Below are positions 9,827-19,677 of a stretch of 64,000 nucleotides of DNA, one piece after another (the stretch's first letter is position 1; every line of letters begins with the position of its first letter). Source of the stretch: a virus (Duplodnaviria; Caudoviricetes); IMG/VR virus record IMGVR_UViG_3300042562_000747, positions 1-64,000 of that record; one strand, 5' to 3'. A program made the position numbers and the translations under genes. The notes under the pieces were generated by a model. That model saw only the letters and a list, made by a program, of their open reading frames with translations, was not told where the DNA came from and did not search any database.

Positions 9827-10803
9827 TAGTTTTGAAATTCTGATTTATTTTCTAAATACCATTCATACGCATTAGCTAATCCATCTTCTAACGATGTACT
9901 TGCTTGCCATCCTAAGTTATCAAAAATCTTAAATGAATCAATCTTACGAGTTGGAATCATTGATGGTTTACCTTTAATAAATTCAGTTGGTGCATCAAAG
10001 TTTGCAATTCTTTTCATTATTTCTAATACTTCTAATACGGAATACACTCTATTAGAACCTACATTATAAACTTGATAATCTTCTTTTTCTTTTTCCATTA
10101 CTATTTGCAATGCTTCTACGAAATCTTCGATATATAATAAATCTCTCAATTCACTACCATCACCCCATACAGGAATTGGATTCATTTGGTCTGCTACTTT
10201 TCTAATTGTTGCCGGAGTAACATGACACTTATTGAAATCGTATTTATCATGTGGACCAAATAAATTAGCTGGTCTGATAATTGTACATTTCATTTTAACC
10301 GGTAAATACTTTGCGTATAATTCACATTGAACTTCTGCATATCTTTTCATCCAACCCACAGGAAAGTAAACAGGATATGGTTCATCAAATAGGAAATCAG
10401 TCTCTACTACGGGCTTATCTCCTTTTGGTGGATAAACTGTATTAGATGATAAGAAGATGTAATGTTGAACCTTATTTCTCCAACTGGCATCAATTAAGAA
10501 ATTGTTCATTGCTACGTTTGGTGTAACATGTGCCAATGGGTCAACTACGGTGTCTACTGCGTTTGATGTACTTGCTGCTGCGTGATATACTACATCAATT
10601 CCTTTGGTTGCATCTAAACACCCTTCGTATGTTTTTAAATCAAAATGAACATACTCTACACCATCAATTGGTGTTCGTACTCCTCTTTTGTGTAAATTAA
10701 CTCTAATGTTTGTGTAACCTTCTTTGTGTAATCGGTTTGTTAAATTTTGACCTACTAAGCCAGAACCACCTGTTATCAGGATTTTTGAATCTTTGTTTAT
10801 CAT
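9826..10803 (-). CDS. GDP-L-fucose synthase-like NDP-sugar epimerase/reductase (extended SDR)
   Basis: TGGSGLVG, RPANLFGPHD, VWGDGSELRDLLY; the YxxxK position reads VGWMK. Confidence 0.85.
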   Translation of the reverse strand: MINKDSKILITGGSGLVGQNLTNRLHKEGYTNIRVNLHKRGVRTPIDGVEYVHFDLKTYEGCLDATKGIDVVYHAAASTSNAVDTVVDPLAHVTPNVAMNNFLIDASWRNKVQHYIFLSSNTVYPPKGDKPVVETDFLFDEPYPVYFPVGWMKRYAEVQCELYAKYLPVKMKCTIIRPANLFGPHDKYDFNKCHVTPATIRKVADQMNPIPVWGDGSELRDLLYIEDFVEALQIVMEKEKEDYQVYNVGSNRVYSVLEVLEIMKRIANFDAPTEFIKGKPSMIPTRKIDSFKIFDNLGWQASTSLEDGLANAYEWYLENKSEFQN

Positions 10804-10804
10804 A

Positions 10805-11461
10805 TTATTTTTTTGAGTTCATTATAAAACTTATTAATGCTTTTCTTTCAAAATTTGGATTTGTTATTGGGTTTACCTCATGTTCTAAATTTGCATTGGT
10901 AAAATCTAATACAACAAAGTTACCAAATTCCGGTGTAATTTCCAATTTATTTCCATCAAAATCTGTAATTATTAGTTCTCCCCCATCTCCTTTTTTCCAA
11001 TCTTTATTCAAATATAGTAATACTACACATATTCTAAATTTATCATCATCTTCACCATCTTTATGATTTTTAATAAAACAATCTTTATTATATAAAGTTA
11101 AATTAAAAGATGGGTTTCCAAATACATAATGATTTCTAGGATATAATTCTTGTAATTTTGAATAACAATATTTAGAAATTAATTCACAATCTGCATGTCC
11201 ATTGTATAAATGTTCAAACCAAATTTGTGCTAAGTCATTGTGTTTTTCAATAACCGATTGTTTATATTTGTTTTGACTTTCAAAATCATTAGATGGAACG
11301 ATTCTTACATTGTGTACTTCTTTTAACGAATATACAATTTGGTATTCAAATTCTTTATAATCTATAATTTTAGTTAAATATTGATTAAGTAATAATTCGT
11401 ATGATTTACCAAAAAATTCTAAACCTAAACCAGCATAATATCCTTTACCTGTATATAACAT
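10805..11461 (-). CDS. 2OG-Fe(II) oxygenase (prolyl hydroxylase-like)
   Basis: HKD...YLNKDW..GGEL...HEV...R. Confidence 0.85.
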   Translation of the reverse strand: MLYTGKGYYAGLGLEFFGKSYELLLNQYLTKIIDYKEFEYQIVYSLKEVHNVRIVPSNDFESQNKYKQSVIEKHNDLAQIWFEHLYNGHADCELISKYCYSKLQELYPRNHYVFGNPSFNLTLYNKDCFIKNHKDGEDDDKFRICVVLLYLNKDWKKGDGGELIITDFDGNKLEITPEFGNFVVLDFTNANLEHEVNPITNPNFERKALISFIMNSKK

Positions 11462-12184
11462 TTATTTATTTTTTAGTACAACGAAATTTAAATATGCAAA
11501 CCTATTAAACTCATTCATTACTTTATGTACCGAATGTACTGGCATACTTTTTGTAAAATCTAATACACCATAGTTTCCTAATATTGGATATACAATATCA
11601 ATATGTTCTTCTTTATTTTTTAATACCAATTCACCACCATCACCTACATTATATTCACTTAATGGAGTTAAATATATTAAACAGGCACATAGCCTATCAT
11701 TTACATATCCATCATTATGCATTGTAATAAAATCACTATCAGTATACCAAGTTATTTGACCTACACTTTGTATATCGGTTGCAGTAATATTTAATTCATA
11801 ATGTTTATTTATAATACCCGCACATACTTTGTCCATTATAGGATAAAATACTTTATTAAAATAATCGTTTCCCAATCCAATTCTTTCTGCTAATTCACCA
11901 CACCTTTGATGCACCATTTTATTTTGTTGGTGAGCGTGGTATCGTATATCATTACTTCCATCAACAAACTCTTTTATTTCTTTAAAAGTTTCTTCATCAT
12001 AATATCCACTATCGGTGTGCTTTGGATGCGGATTCATAGAAGAATACAAATAAGTAACTAAATCTTTATTATCTTTATATTGTATTAATATATTATAAAA
12101 AGATTTAATTGTTTCAATTTCACTTTCATTTAAAAAATCCCATATTGTTCCTATTGCGTATTCGGTATTCTGAATCTGTAACAT
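11462..12184 (-). CDS. 2OG-Fe(II) oxygenase
   Basis: HND...YLT..GGEL...HSV...R. Confidence 0.85.
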   Translation of the reverse strand: MLQIQNTEYAIGTIWDFLNESEIETIKSFYNILIQYKDNKDLVTYLYSSMNPHPKHTDSGYYDEETFKEIKEFVDGSNDIRYHAHQQNKMVHQRCGELAERIGLGNDYFNKVFYPIMDKVCAGIINKHYELNITATDIQSVGQITWYTDSDFITMHNDGYVNDRLCACLIYLTPLSEYNVGDGGELVLKNKEEHIDIVYPILGNYGVLDFTKSMPVHSVHKVMNEFNRFAYLNFVVLKNK

Positions 12185-12582
12185 TATATTAGGTTTTTTG
12201 GTTTTTTATTTAATAAATTTGATTCCTCTATTGCCATTTCTTCTGCCAAATCAAATCTTATTTTATTTAATCTTGTTCTATCAATATCTAATTGTTTTTC
12301 AATTGAAATAAATTCGTTTTTTAATCTTTCAATTTCTAAATTTTTAGCATCTTTTATTTCTTTATTTAATTTTGCTAATTCCTTTCCCACATTTGCTCTT
12401 GCTTCATTTATCCTATTTCTTTCTATTGCTATATTTTCTTTTTCATGTTCAATATCTTTCCATTCATAGTATATTTTACTACGCTCCAACATAATCTTTT
12501 CTCTTTCATCTGCGATTATTTGCTTTTGCTTTTCTAAATATTCCATTTCTTTATTTATTTCTTTTTCAGATATCACTCGCAT
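12184..12582 (-). CDS. Coiled-coil protein (paralog of 12598)
   Basis: E/K/R heptads; N- and C-termini near-identical to the neighbouring gene. Confidence 0.65.
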   Translation of the reverse strand: MRVISEKEINKEMEYLEKQKQIIADEREKIMLERSKIYYEWKDIEHEKENIAIERNRINEARANVGKELAKLNKEIKDAKNLEIERLKNEFISIEKQLDIDRTRLNKIRFDLAEEMAIEESNLLNKKPKNLI

Positions 12583-12597
12583 ACTATAATTATTAAC

Positions 12598-13281
12598 TTA
12601 TATAATTTGTTTTGATTTTTTATAAATATTTAATTTAGCAGTTCCTATTGCAATCTCCTCAGCTATTTCGGCTCTAATTTTATCTAATCGATTTCTATCC
12701 TCAGTTAGTTGTGATTCCAATTCATTTTCCTTTTGTTTTCTAATAAAAATTATATGATTTTCTAATTCCAGTTCCAATTCTGTTTTTATTATAGAATGTG
12801 CAGTATTAATATCATTGTATATTTCATTTCGAATTGTATCTAATCGTTTTCTATCTTTTACTAATTGTTTTTCTAATTCTGATTCTTGTTCTTTTATAAT
12901 TTTTTTATGTTTATCTGTAATTTCTTTTTCTAATTTTTTTGTTATCGTTTCAAATCGTTTCCTGTCATTTGCTAATTGTATGTCAAATTCTTTTTCTTGT
13001 TTTTTTCTTTGTTCACCAATTTCATTTGCCCAAAAATCTTCTTTTGCTTTTTTATTTAATTCATGTCTTTTATTCATTTCATCAATTAAAATAACATTAG
13101 ATTCATTTAGATTTTCTCTTATTTTTTTATATTCTTCATCCAATTCCTGCAAATCTCGCCATTCATAGTATAACCTACTACGTTCAATCATTAATCTCTC
13201 ACGTTCTTCTGAAATTATTTGCTTTTGTTTTTCTAAATATAATTGTTCTTTATCTAGTTCTGTTTGAGATATAACTTTCAT
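12598..13281 (-). CDS. Coiled-coil protein with internal QLxxDRxR repeats
   Basis: Heptad-rich; three QLxxDR(K/N)R units. Confidence 0.65.
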   Translation of the reverse strand: MKVISQTELDKEQLYLEKQKQIISEERERLMIERSRLYYEWRDLQELDEEYKKIRENLNESNVILIDEMNKRHELNKKAKEDFWANEIGEQRKKQEKEFDIQLANDRKRFETITKKLEKEITDKHKKIIKEQESELEKQLVKDRKRLDTIRNEIYNDINTAHSIIKTELELELENHIIFIRKQKENELESQLTEDRNRLDKIRAEIAEEIAIGTAKLNIYKKSKQII

Positions 13282-14188
13282 ATGTCAATTTTAAAGCTTC
13301 ATTGAATCCCAATACTGGCAATAATCCTATTTCTTTTTGTAGTGTTGTGTCCATTTGTCTACGAAGGTCACCATTTGGTTTTGTAGTGTCCCATTTTATA
13401 TCTATATTTTTACCACTAATTTTAATAAGTTGTTCAATCATTGATTTGATTGTAATTTCTTCACCTGCACCAAAGTTAATTGTAGTATGTATTTGTTTTT
13501 CATATAAAGATAAAATTGCATTTGCTACATCACCTGCATAAACAAAATCTCTAATTGGTGTTCCATCCCCCCATGCTTCAATTTCATTTTCTGCTTCAAA
13601 TACTTTTTTACATTGAGTTGCAATTACTGTTCCTGTTCCATCAAAGTTATCATACTCACCAAAAATGTTTGCTGGTCTTATGATTGCCCAATTTGTATAA
13701 TTGTATTGAACTTTGTATGCTTCTAATAAAACCTCACCCATTCTCTTACTCCAACTTGGAAACCAATCTGCGTCTGATGGTAATGTTTTCCATACACTAT
13801 CTTCTACAAATGTTTCTGCGGGTGCATATACACCAACTGAACTAACAAATACTAACCAAATATTATTTTTTGAACATTGATTAATAATTTCAGTATTAAT
13901 TTTAAATGATGGATATAAAAAATCCACCGGACTTTCCTTTGCTCTAATAGGAGAACCTTTAACACCAAAACAATTGAATACTGCATCAGGAGTTTCATAA
14001 AAGAAAAGATTTTTAACATTATCTTCTATTGTTAAATCCATTTCATAAAATGTAAATTTTTCAGATATTGGTAAATTTGGTGATTGTCTCATATCAACAC
14101 CAATTACTTCATATCCTGCTACTAAACATTTTTTAACTAAATGTATTCCAACTAATCCACTACAACCTGTTACTAAAACTTTTTTCAT
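13250..14188 (-). CDS. GDP-fucose synthase-like NDP-sugar epimerase/reductase (SDR)
   Basis: TGCSGLVG, RPANIFG, WGDGTPIRDFVY, WDTTKPNG; the YxxxK position reads PSWSK. Confidence 0.85.
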   Translation of the reverse strand: MKKVLVTGCSGLVGIHLVKKCLVAGYEVIGVDMRQSPNLPISEKFTFYEMDLTIEDNVKNLFFYETPDAVFNCFGVKGSPIRAKESPVDFLYPSFKINTEIINQCSKNNIWLVFVSSVGVYAPAETFVEDSVWKTLPSDADWFPSWSKRMGEVLLEAYKVQYNYTNWAIIRPANIFGEYDNFDGTGTVIATQCKKVFEAENEIEAWGDGTPIRDFVYAGDVANAILSLYEKQIHTTINFGAGEEITIKSMIEQLIKISGKNIDIKWDTTKPNGDLRRQMDTTLQKEIGLLPVLGFNEALKLTYESYISNRTR

Positions 14189-14192
14189 ATTT

Positions 14193-15464
14193 TTATTTTA
14201 TTAATTTTGAATATACGTTATATAATTCCTCATCTTTTTGAAATGATAATAATAGTTTTTGATTTGCTTCTATTTTATCCATATCAAACGGTGGTAATTC
14301 ACCATTATCATCTATATACTTTAATAGTTTTCTAATTTCCTCAAATGTTTTTACTAATCGTAACCAAGGAAATTCTTCATTATTTAAGTAATCATAATTT
14401 ATAAATGGTGGAACATAGAATCCCATATCTTCTAATATTGTATTAGTATATCTTGGACCAATTACTATAAATGGATGACAATTTGCAATAGGTCTAATTA
14501 CTTTTTCTGAAATCATTATATCTCTTTCAAAAAATTTAGTTTCAGTAACAATAGATAATAAAGATTCTGCATATAAAAATGAATCGTTGTTCCAATTATG
14601 TAAAAGATTTTCTACATATCCAGGATCTGTTTTTTTAATATCTACCGAAATTTCACCTGGCTTTGGATTAGCTATATAATCATTTCTATATTCTTGTAAT
14701 TCGTTTATTCCCATTGTATTATATCCCAATACATGTTCATCTGGAAATTCTAAAAATGAAATATAATTATTATCTATTATATTTTCTTTTTTACAAAAAT
14801 TATAAAACCAAAATCTATGGTCTCTTTTTGCATTTCTATTAAACGATAATATTGTTTTTAATTTAGGAGTAGTTTCGTATTGTTCTCGTTTACATACACT
14901 AAAAATACTATCATTCATTTTAAAATTATTATCCAAATCATATGTTAAGAATGGAAAGAAAATATGATTACCTTTTGCAAAATCATTTATATTATAACAG
15001 GGTGTTATTGTGTAAATGTTTTCAGAATGTTTGGATGTATTAATCCAATTATAGAATTTTTTATAATGACCTGATTCGTGAAAACTGATAAATAATATTT
15101 TAATACCCTTTTCTAAAATAGTAGTATAATGTGGTAAATATTCTTCCAAATCTTCCATATGTACTTTTGGAGTAACTAAATAAAAATTTTCATCTGCCCC
15201 ATCTAATATTGGTTGGTCAGAAAATACTATTTTTAAATCTTTATGTTCAAATGTTTTTGCATATTTTTTAGTTCCCCAATGACTTCTTAAAAATATTTCA
15301 TTATAACTAGATTGTATTTCACTATCCCTAAGAATATCTAAAATACCAATATAATTGTTTGTAACAGTTCTATCTTCTGGTATTTTGTAATTAAATACAC
15401 CATTCGGTAACGGGAGATAATCATCACCCGTCCAATTTTCCATATAAAAATTTATCAATTTCAT
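14193..15464 (-). CDS. Putative glycosyltransferase-like protein (paralog 2)
   Basis: FNR..DHR, IVTET, SEKVIRPI..HPF. Confidence 0.55.
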   Translation of the reverse strand: MKLINFYMENWTGDDYLPLPNGVFNYKIPEDRTVTNNYIGILDILRDSEIQSSYNEIFLRSHWGTKKYAKTFEHKDLKIVFSDQPILDGADENFYLVTPKVHMEDLEEYLPHYTTILEKGIKILFISFHESGHYKKFYNWINTSKHSENIYTITPCYNINDFAKGNHIFFPFLTYDLDNNFKMNDSIFSVCKREQYETTPKLKTILSFNRNAKRDHRFWFYNFCKKENIIDNNYISFLEFPDEHVLGYNTMGINELQEYRNDYIANPKPGEISVDIKKTDPGYVENLLHNWNNDSFLYAESLLSIVTETKFFERDIMISEKVIRPIANCHPFIVIGPRYTNTILEDMGFYVPPFINYDYLNNEEFPWLRLVKTFEEIRKLLKYIDDNGELPPFDMDKIEANQKLLLSFQKDEELYNVYSKLIK

Positions 15465-16951
15465 TTGCTAAAAATAGATGAATATAATTTTTTTACCGAT
15501 TGTTCACCCGAATAAGTTTTACATAGATTTGAATTATGTATAACTTCTTCTTTTGAATCCATAAATATCTTGTGTAATTTTTTCTTATCGTTTAGTTCCG
15601 TAGTTAGTTTAACCACTGCTTTCATTCTATCACCATGATCAAAAATCTTATCATAACTTTCATCAAAATATTTATCAAATGTTTTGAATCCTTTTTCTTT
15701 TAACATTTCTAAATACAATGGGCCGGCTAATGCTATAAATGGATGAAAATATCGTAATGCCTTTACTCCTTTTTCAGAAACTTGACATGCGGTGAATGAT
15801 GACTCAGTTAATAGTGTCATATATGTTCTTAAAAACGAAGGGTCAAATGATGGATTTACCCAATCTATCCAACCATAGTGAACTCTACGTCCATTTGCAT
15901 AATATGTACTATCTTCAAATGTATCAATGTTATCAATTTTAACAACACCAATATCTTTTATTTTTTGCATCCATCCCATATTATCATTAAATTCTTTTAA
16001 TTTAGTGAATGCCGGAAACCCTCTATAACCATCTGTTCCCCAATCTATTTCTCTATCATATGGAAATATCATAGAATATAAACAATCTTTTAATACATCA
16101 TTTTTTTCTAATTGTGATAAATACCAAAATCTATGGTCTTTAAATACTGAACGATTAAACATTAAAAAATTCTTTTCTCTCTCACCTTCAAAATTCAATA
16201 CATCACCATCATACGGATTATTTGAATATGCACTACACGCCGTTGAAAATAAATAATCAACAAAATAACAATTCATTTTTATTGTAATGTTATTTTTCAT
16301 ACAATACAATTCATGTTGTAAATTTACATTTGAATCTGCATTTGAGTAATGAATATTATCTGGACTTATACCAAATTCTTTACATGAGTTATATAATTTT
16401 TCAAAAAAAGATTCGTAGTGAACACCACCTTCGTGAAATGTAGAAATTATTAATTTTAAATCACCTAATTGAATTGCCCTTAATATTTCAGGATTTAAAT
16501 TTAATAAATGTTTACCGGATGCTTTGTATTCAACAATATCTTTAACTGTTATAGATGGTGATTGAAATAAAAAATCTTCGTTTCCAAATAAATTAATTGG
16601 ATAATAATTTCGTTCCCCACTTTTTATTCTATTGAATGGTAATACATTTAATTCATATGCATTATTTTCATATTCAAATGTATATGTATTTTCATCTAAT
16701 TTAGTAAAACTTTCTAAAATATTTTCTCTAATAGTTCTTGTATAAAAAATATTAAAAAGAATATCTTTATGTTCTGATGATAGATTGATTACGTTATGAT
16801 GGTCAGTAAATCCTCTACCAAAAAATTCTGATGTAGATATACCTCGTAATTCTATTTGTTGTAATGTACTATGATAAGCGGCTTCGGTTAACCCGTTTGG
16901 AAATATAACACCATCTTTTTCATATTCGTATATAAAGTTGATTTTTTCCAT
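15461..16951 (-). CDS. Putative glycosyltransferase-like protein (paralog 3)
   Basis: FNR..DHR, LLTES, SEK..HPF, GFKTF..DESYD; start moved to MEKIN (TAATG coupling at 16951). Confidence 0.55.
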   Translation of the reverse strand: MEKINFIYEYEKDGVIFPNGLTEAAYHSTLQQIELRGISTSEFFGRGFTDHHNVINLSSEHKDILFNIFYTRTIRENILESFTKLDENTYTFEYENNAYELNVLPFNRIKSGERNYYPINLFGNEDFLFQSPSITVKDIVEYKASGKHLLNLNPEILRAIQLGDLKLIISTFHEGGVHYESFFEKLYNSCKEFGISPDNIHYSNADSNVNLQHELYCMKNNITIKMNCYFVDYLFSTACSAYSNNPYDGDVLNFEGEREKNFLMFNRSVFKDHRFWYLSQLEKNDVLKDCLYSMIFPYDREIDWGTDGYRGFPAFTKLKEFNDNMGWMQKIKDIGVVKIDNIDTFEDSTYYANGRRVHYGWIDWVNPSFDPSFLRTYMTLLTESSFTACQVSEKGVKALRYFHPFIALAGPLYLEMLKEKGFKTFDKYFDESYDKIFDHGDRMKAVVKLTTELNDKKKLHKIFMDSKEEVIHNSNLCKTYSGEQSVKKLYSSIFSK

Positions 16952-17586
16952 TAAAATATTACCCATTTACCTGTACCATAATGTGGCCATTGTTTTTCGT
17001 ATGAATACCAAATAACTTTTTCCGATGGTACTTCTCTTTTTTTACCATTCCAAGTTGCTTCGGTTGGTGTGTTTGTTGATACTCCATTATCTTCAACTAC
17101 AAATATAATTGGTAAATCATATCTAACTGCGTATTTGTGCATTTCATAAAACCCACCGGTCTCAAATGCCATATCACCTATGAAACAAAATACTTTATCA
17201 TCTTTACCATCTCTTTTATTTGCCATTGCTACACCCGTTGCTATCGGTATGATTGCACCAACAATTGCACTTGCATAGAATCTTTGTTCTTCACTAACGA
17301 TAGTAATACTTCTACCATCTAATATTTCGTTTTCTAACCAAACAGGACACACACCTTTGATTAGTGCGTGGTAATGTGAACGCCAGGTTGAGAATACCCA
17401 ATCTGTATCTTTTATTCTTTTACCAATTTCAATTAATTGTTCTTCGTTACCACCACTTAAATGCACCGGTCCTTTTATTTTACCTGCTTCCCAATGGTCT
17501 GCAATCATTCTTTCGTATGCAATTAATTCATCCTTTGTAAATCTTGCATCTGATACAATAGGGTATTTTTCTAAATTTTCTATCAT
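16951..17586 (-). CDS. TPP-dependent E1-alpha-like subunit
   Basis: HLSGGNE, WRSHYH, TPP motif GDMA...EDN; start at MIENL (ATGA overlap). Confidence 0.88.
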   Translation of the reverse strand: MIENLEKYPIVSDARFTKDELIAYERMIADHWEAGKIKGPVHLSGGNEEQLIEIGKRIKDTDWVFSTWRSHYHALIKGVCPVWLENEILDGRSITIVSEEQRFYASAIVGAIIPIATGVAMANKRDGKDDKVFCFIGDMAFETGGFYEMHKYAVRYDLPIIFVVEDNGVSTNTPTEATWNGKKREVPSEKVIWYSYEKQWPHYGTGKWVIF

Positions 17587-18119
17587 CTGTCTCTTTTTTG
17601 TAATATAGGGTTTGTTGTTGGCCATTCCATTTGATATTCCGGGTCATTCCATTTAACTACACCTTGCTCATCTGCATCCACATAACCATCTTTATAGAAT
17701 AAGTTATAGTGAAACATACAATCAGTTAATGCATAGTGTCCGTTTGCAAAACCAGGTGGAACTAATACTTGATTTCTATCTTTCTCAGTTATCATAAAAG
17801 ATTCCCACTCTCCAAAGGTAGGACTATTTTTTCGCATATCCAAAACAATTAGATAAATATCTCCAACTGCTGCTTGTACTAATTTCCAAGTTTTATTATC
17901 GTAATGTAATCCTCTTAATACACCTTTATATGATTTTGAGAATCTACCATGCACTTCGTTTCCTTCACCTATTTTTTGCATAACAGGATGTTGTCCAGAA
18001 TGAAAGGTTGTAAATATTTCGCCTCTATATTCTCTATAAATTGATGGAGTATAGGTCGGTACTTCATAACCAAATTTTTTTGATGGAGTTATTTTAAAAT
18101 CATCCCACTTATTACTCAT
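17583..18119 (-). CDS. rmlC: dTDP-4-dehydrorhamnose 3,5-epimerase family
   Basis: RG.., SKSYKGVLRGLH, DMRKNSPTFGEW, VPPGFANG, WNDP. Confidence 0.9.
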   Translation of the reverse strand: MSNKWDDFKITPSKKFGYEVPTYTPSIYREYRGEIFTTFHSGQHPVMQKIGEGNEVHGRFSKSYKGVLRGLHYDNKTWKLVQAAVGDIYLIVLDMRKNSPTFGEWESFMITEKDRNQVLVPPGFANGHYALTDCMFHYNLFYKDGYVDADEQGVVKWNDPEYQMEWPTTNPILQKRDR

Positions 18120-18125
18120 ATAACT

Positions 18126-19676
18126 TTATTTTTCTACATTTAAATATTGAATAATTTCATTTTCCAATTCATCGGTAACAACTCCTTCTTCTAACGCTCT
18201 TTTTTCATAATCTTTTTTATATAAATTATTTTCATCACCCCTTACTTTTTTGATTTCAATTTCATAATCCATTTTGGTTGCTCTAACTCTTTCAAACCAA
18301 TCTTCTAATTCAGGAAAAGTTTCTACAAAGTTTTTATTACGTCTAACATCATATTGTTGATAGAACGATTTGAAATCTCTTTGTCTACTTCTTAAATCTG
18401 ATGCAAATCTATGTCCTTGTGATACTTCTCTTAAATATTCACATAGTCTATATATTTGATTTGCTAACCCCCATAGGTCAGTGTCATTGTAATATGAAGG
18501 TTTACTCTTAATAAAGTTTTCAACCCAATATTGGATATGTTCTGCTCTTTCTAAACGTATTTCTTCGGGTAATGTACTAACTGATTGAAATGATGGGAAA
18601 CGTAAAATATTAAGAGTCATTAATACTGATGTTTTATCAATATATTTTTCTCTTAACTTATTCATTTCATCTAAGAAATCTGTTATACTAAAAATACATA
18701 ATGCATTAATTGTCATCATTACATTAAATGTTCTTAAATTACCATCTCTAATCATTCTCTCTGCATTTTCTCGCCATACTTCCCACTTCAAACCATCTCT
18801 AATATATTCAGCATGCTTACCAACACTTTCGTTTGATGTATAAATGTCAATTGATTTAAAGTTATGAGTTGCTTTAATTAATTTATCTACCAACTCTTTC
18901 TTTTGACCTAAGTTTGAGTTAACTGCGAAGTGAACATCACAATTAGGATTGTTTTCCCACCAATCCATTAACTTCCAAAAATCTTTACTCATTGTAGGTT
19001 CACCACCGGTCACTCTTAATTCTCTTAATGAATGTTGTAACTCACCTTCCCACCATTTCCAAAATGCTTCAACGTATGGATTATCTTTATTATCTTTACC
19101 ATATATCATTGCATCATCTCCAGCGTGGTGAAATGCACCTGCACCATCGGTATTAAGATTTTGATAAGCACCATTTGTTTTAATATCCATTTGCCAAGTT
19201 GTACTAAACGATGCATTACAATATGAACAAGCAAAGTTACAATTAGCATCAAAACTAATTTCTAATGTTTTTAAATCAACATCTTTGGTATATCCTAATT
19301 CATTTTTTGCTTCTATTAATTCTTCATCCGTATAGATTACTGATTTGTAAACTCTATCACTTACTTTATCCGGTCCTAAATCTTCAATCTTCCAACAATA
19401 CTCACATTCATTCGGTCTAATACCTTCCATCATTTCTTTACGAACTAATTTCTTATAATGTGTATTATGTAATGCTTTATATGATTTAGATAATTCTTCT
19501 AATGGTATTTTATGTGCCGGTGGATGGTGACATGATGTGGTTTGTCCCATATTTAACCATATAGTAGCATTGTACCACTTTGCTCCACAAAAAGAATTAG
19601 AGAGTGAGTTTATTGCCCTATCTCTATATTCTTGAAATGTTTCATCACCTTTTTTTGCATATACAAATTCTGCCAT
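18126..19676 (-). CDS. Radical SAM protein with N-terminal twitch/SPASM-like Cys cluster
   Basis: CNFACSYC, TGGEP, FCGAKW..CHHP..CEYCW. Confidence 0.9.
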   Translation of the reverse strand: MAEFVYAKKGDETFQEYRDRAINSLSNSFCGAKWYNATIWLNMGQTTSCHHPPAHKIPLEELSKSYKALHNTHYKKLVRKEMMEGIRPNECEYCWKIEDLGPDKVSDRVYKSVIYTDEELIEAKNELGYTKDVDLKTLEISFDANCNFACSYCNASFSTTWQMDIKTNGAYQNLNTDGAGAFHHAGDDAMIYGKDNKDNPYVEAFWKWWEGELQHSLRELRVTGGEPTMSKDFWKLMDWWENNPNCDVHFAVNSNLGQKKELVDKLIKATHNFKSIDIYTSNESVGKHAEYIRDGLKWEVWRENAERMIRDGNLRTFNVMMTINALCIFSITDFLDEMNKLREKYIDKTSVLMTLNILRFPSFQSVSTLPEEIRLERAEHIQYWVENFIKSKPSYYNDTDLWGLANQIYRLCEYLREVSQGHRFASDLRSRQRDFKSFYQQYDVRRNKNFVETFPELEDWFERVRATKMDYEIEIKKVRGDENNLYKKDYEKRALEEGVVTDELENEIIQYLNVEK

Positions 19677-19677
19677 A

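Noticed and set aside
8427-17586. Pyruvate dehydrogenase auxiliary metabolic genes
   Set aside because: Truncated beta subunit, no E2/E3, and NDP-sugar context.
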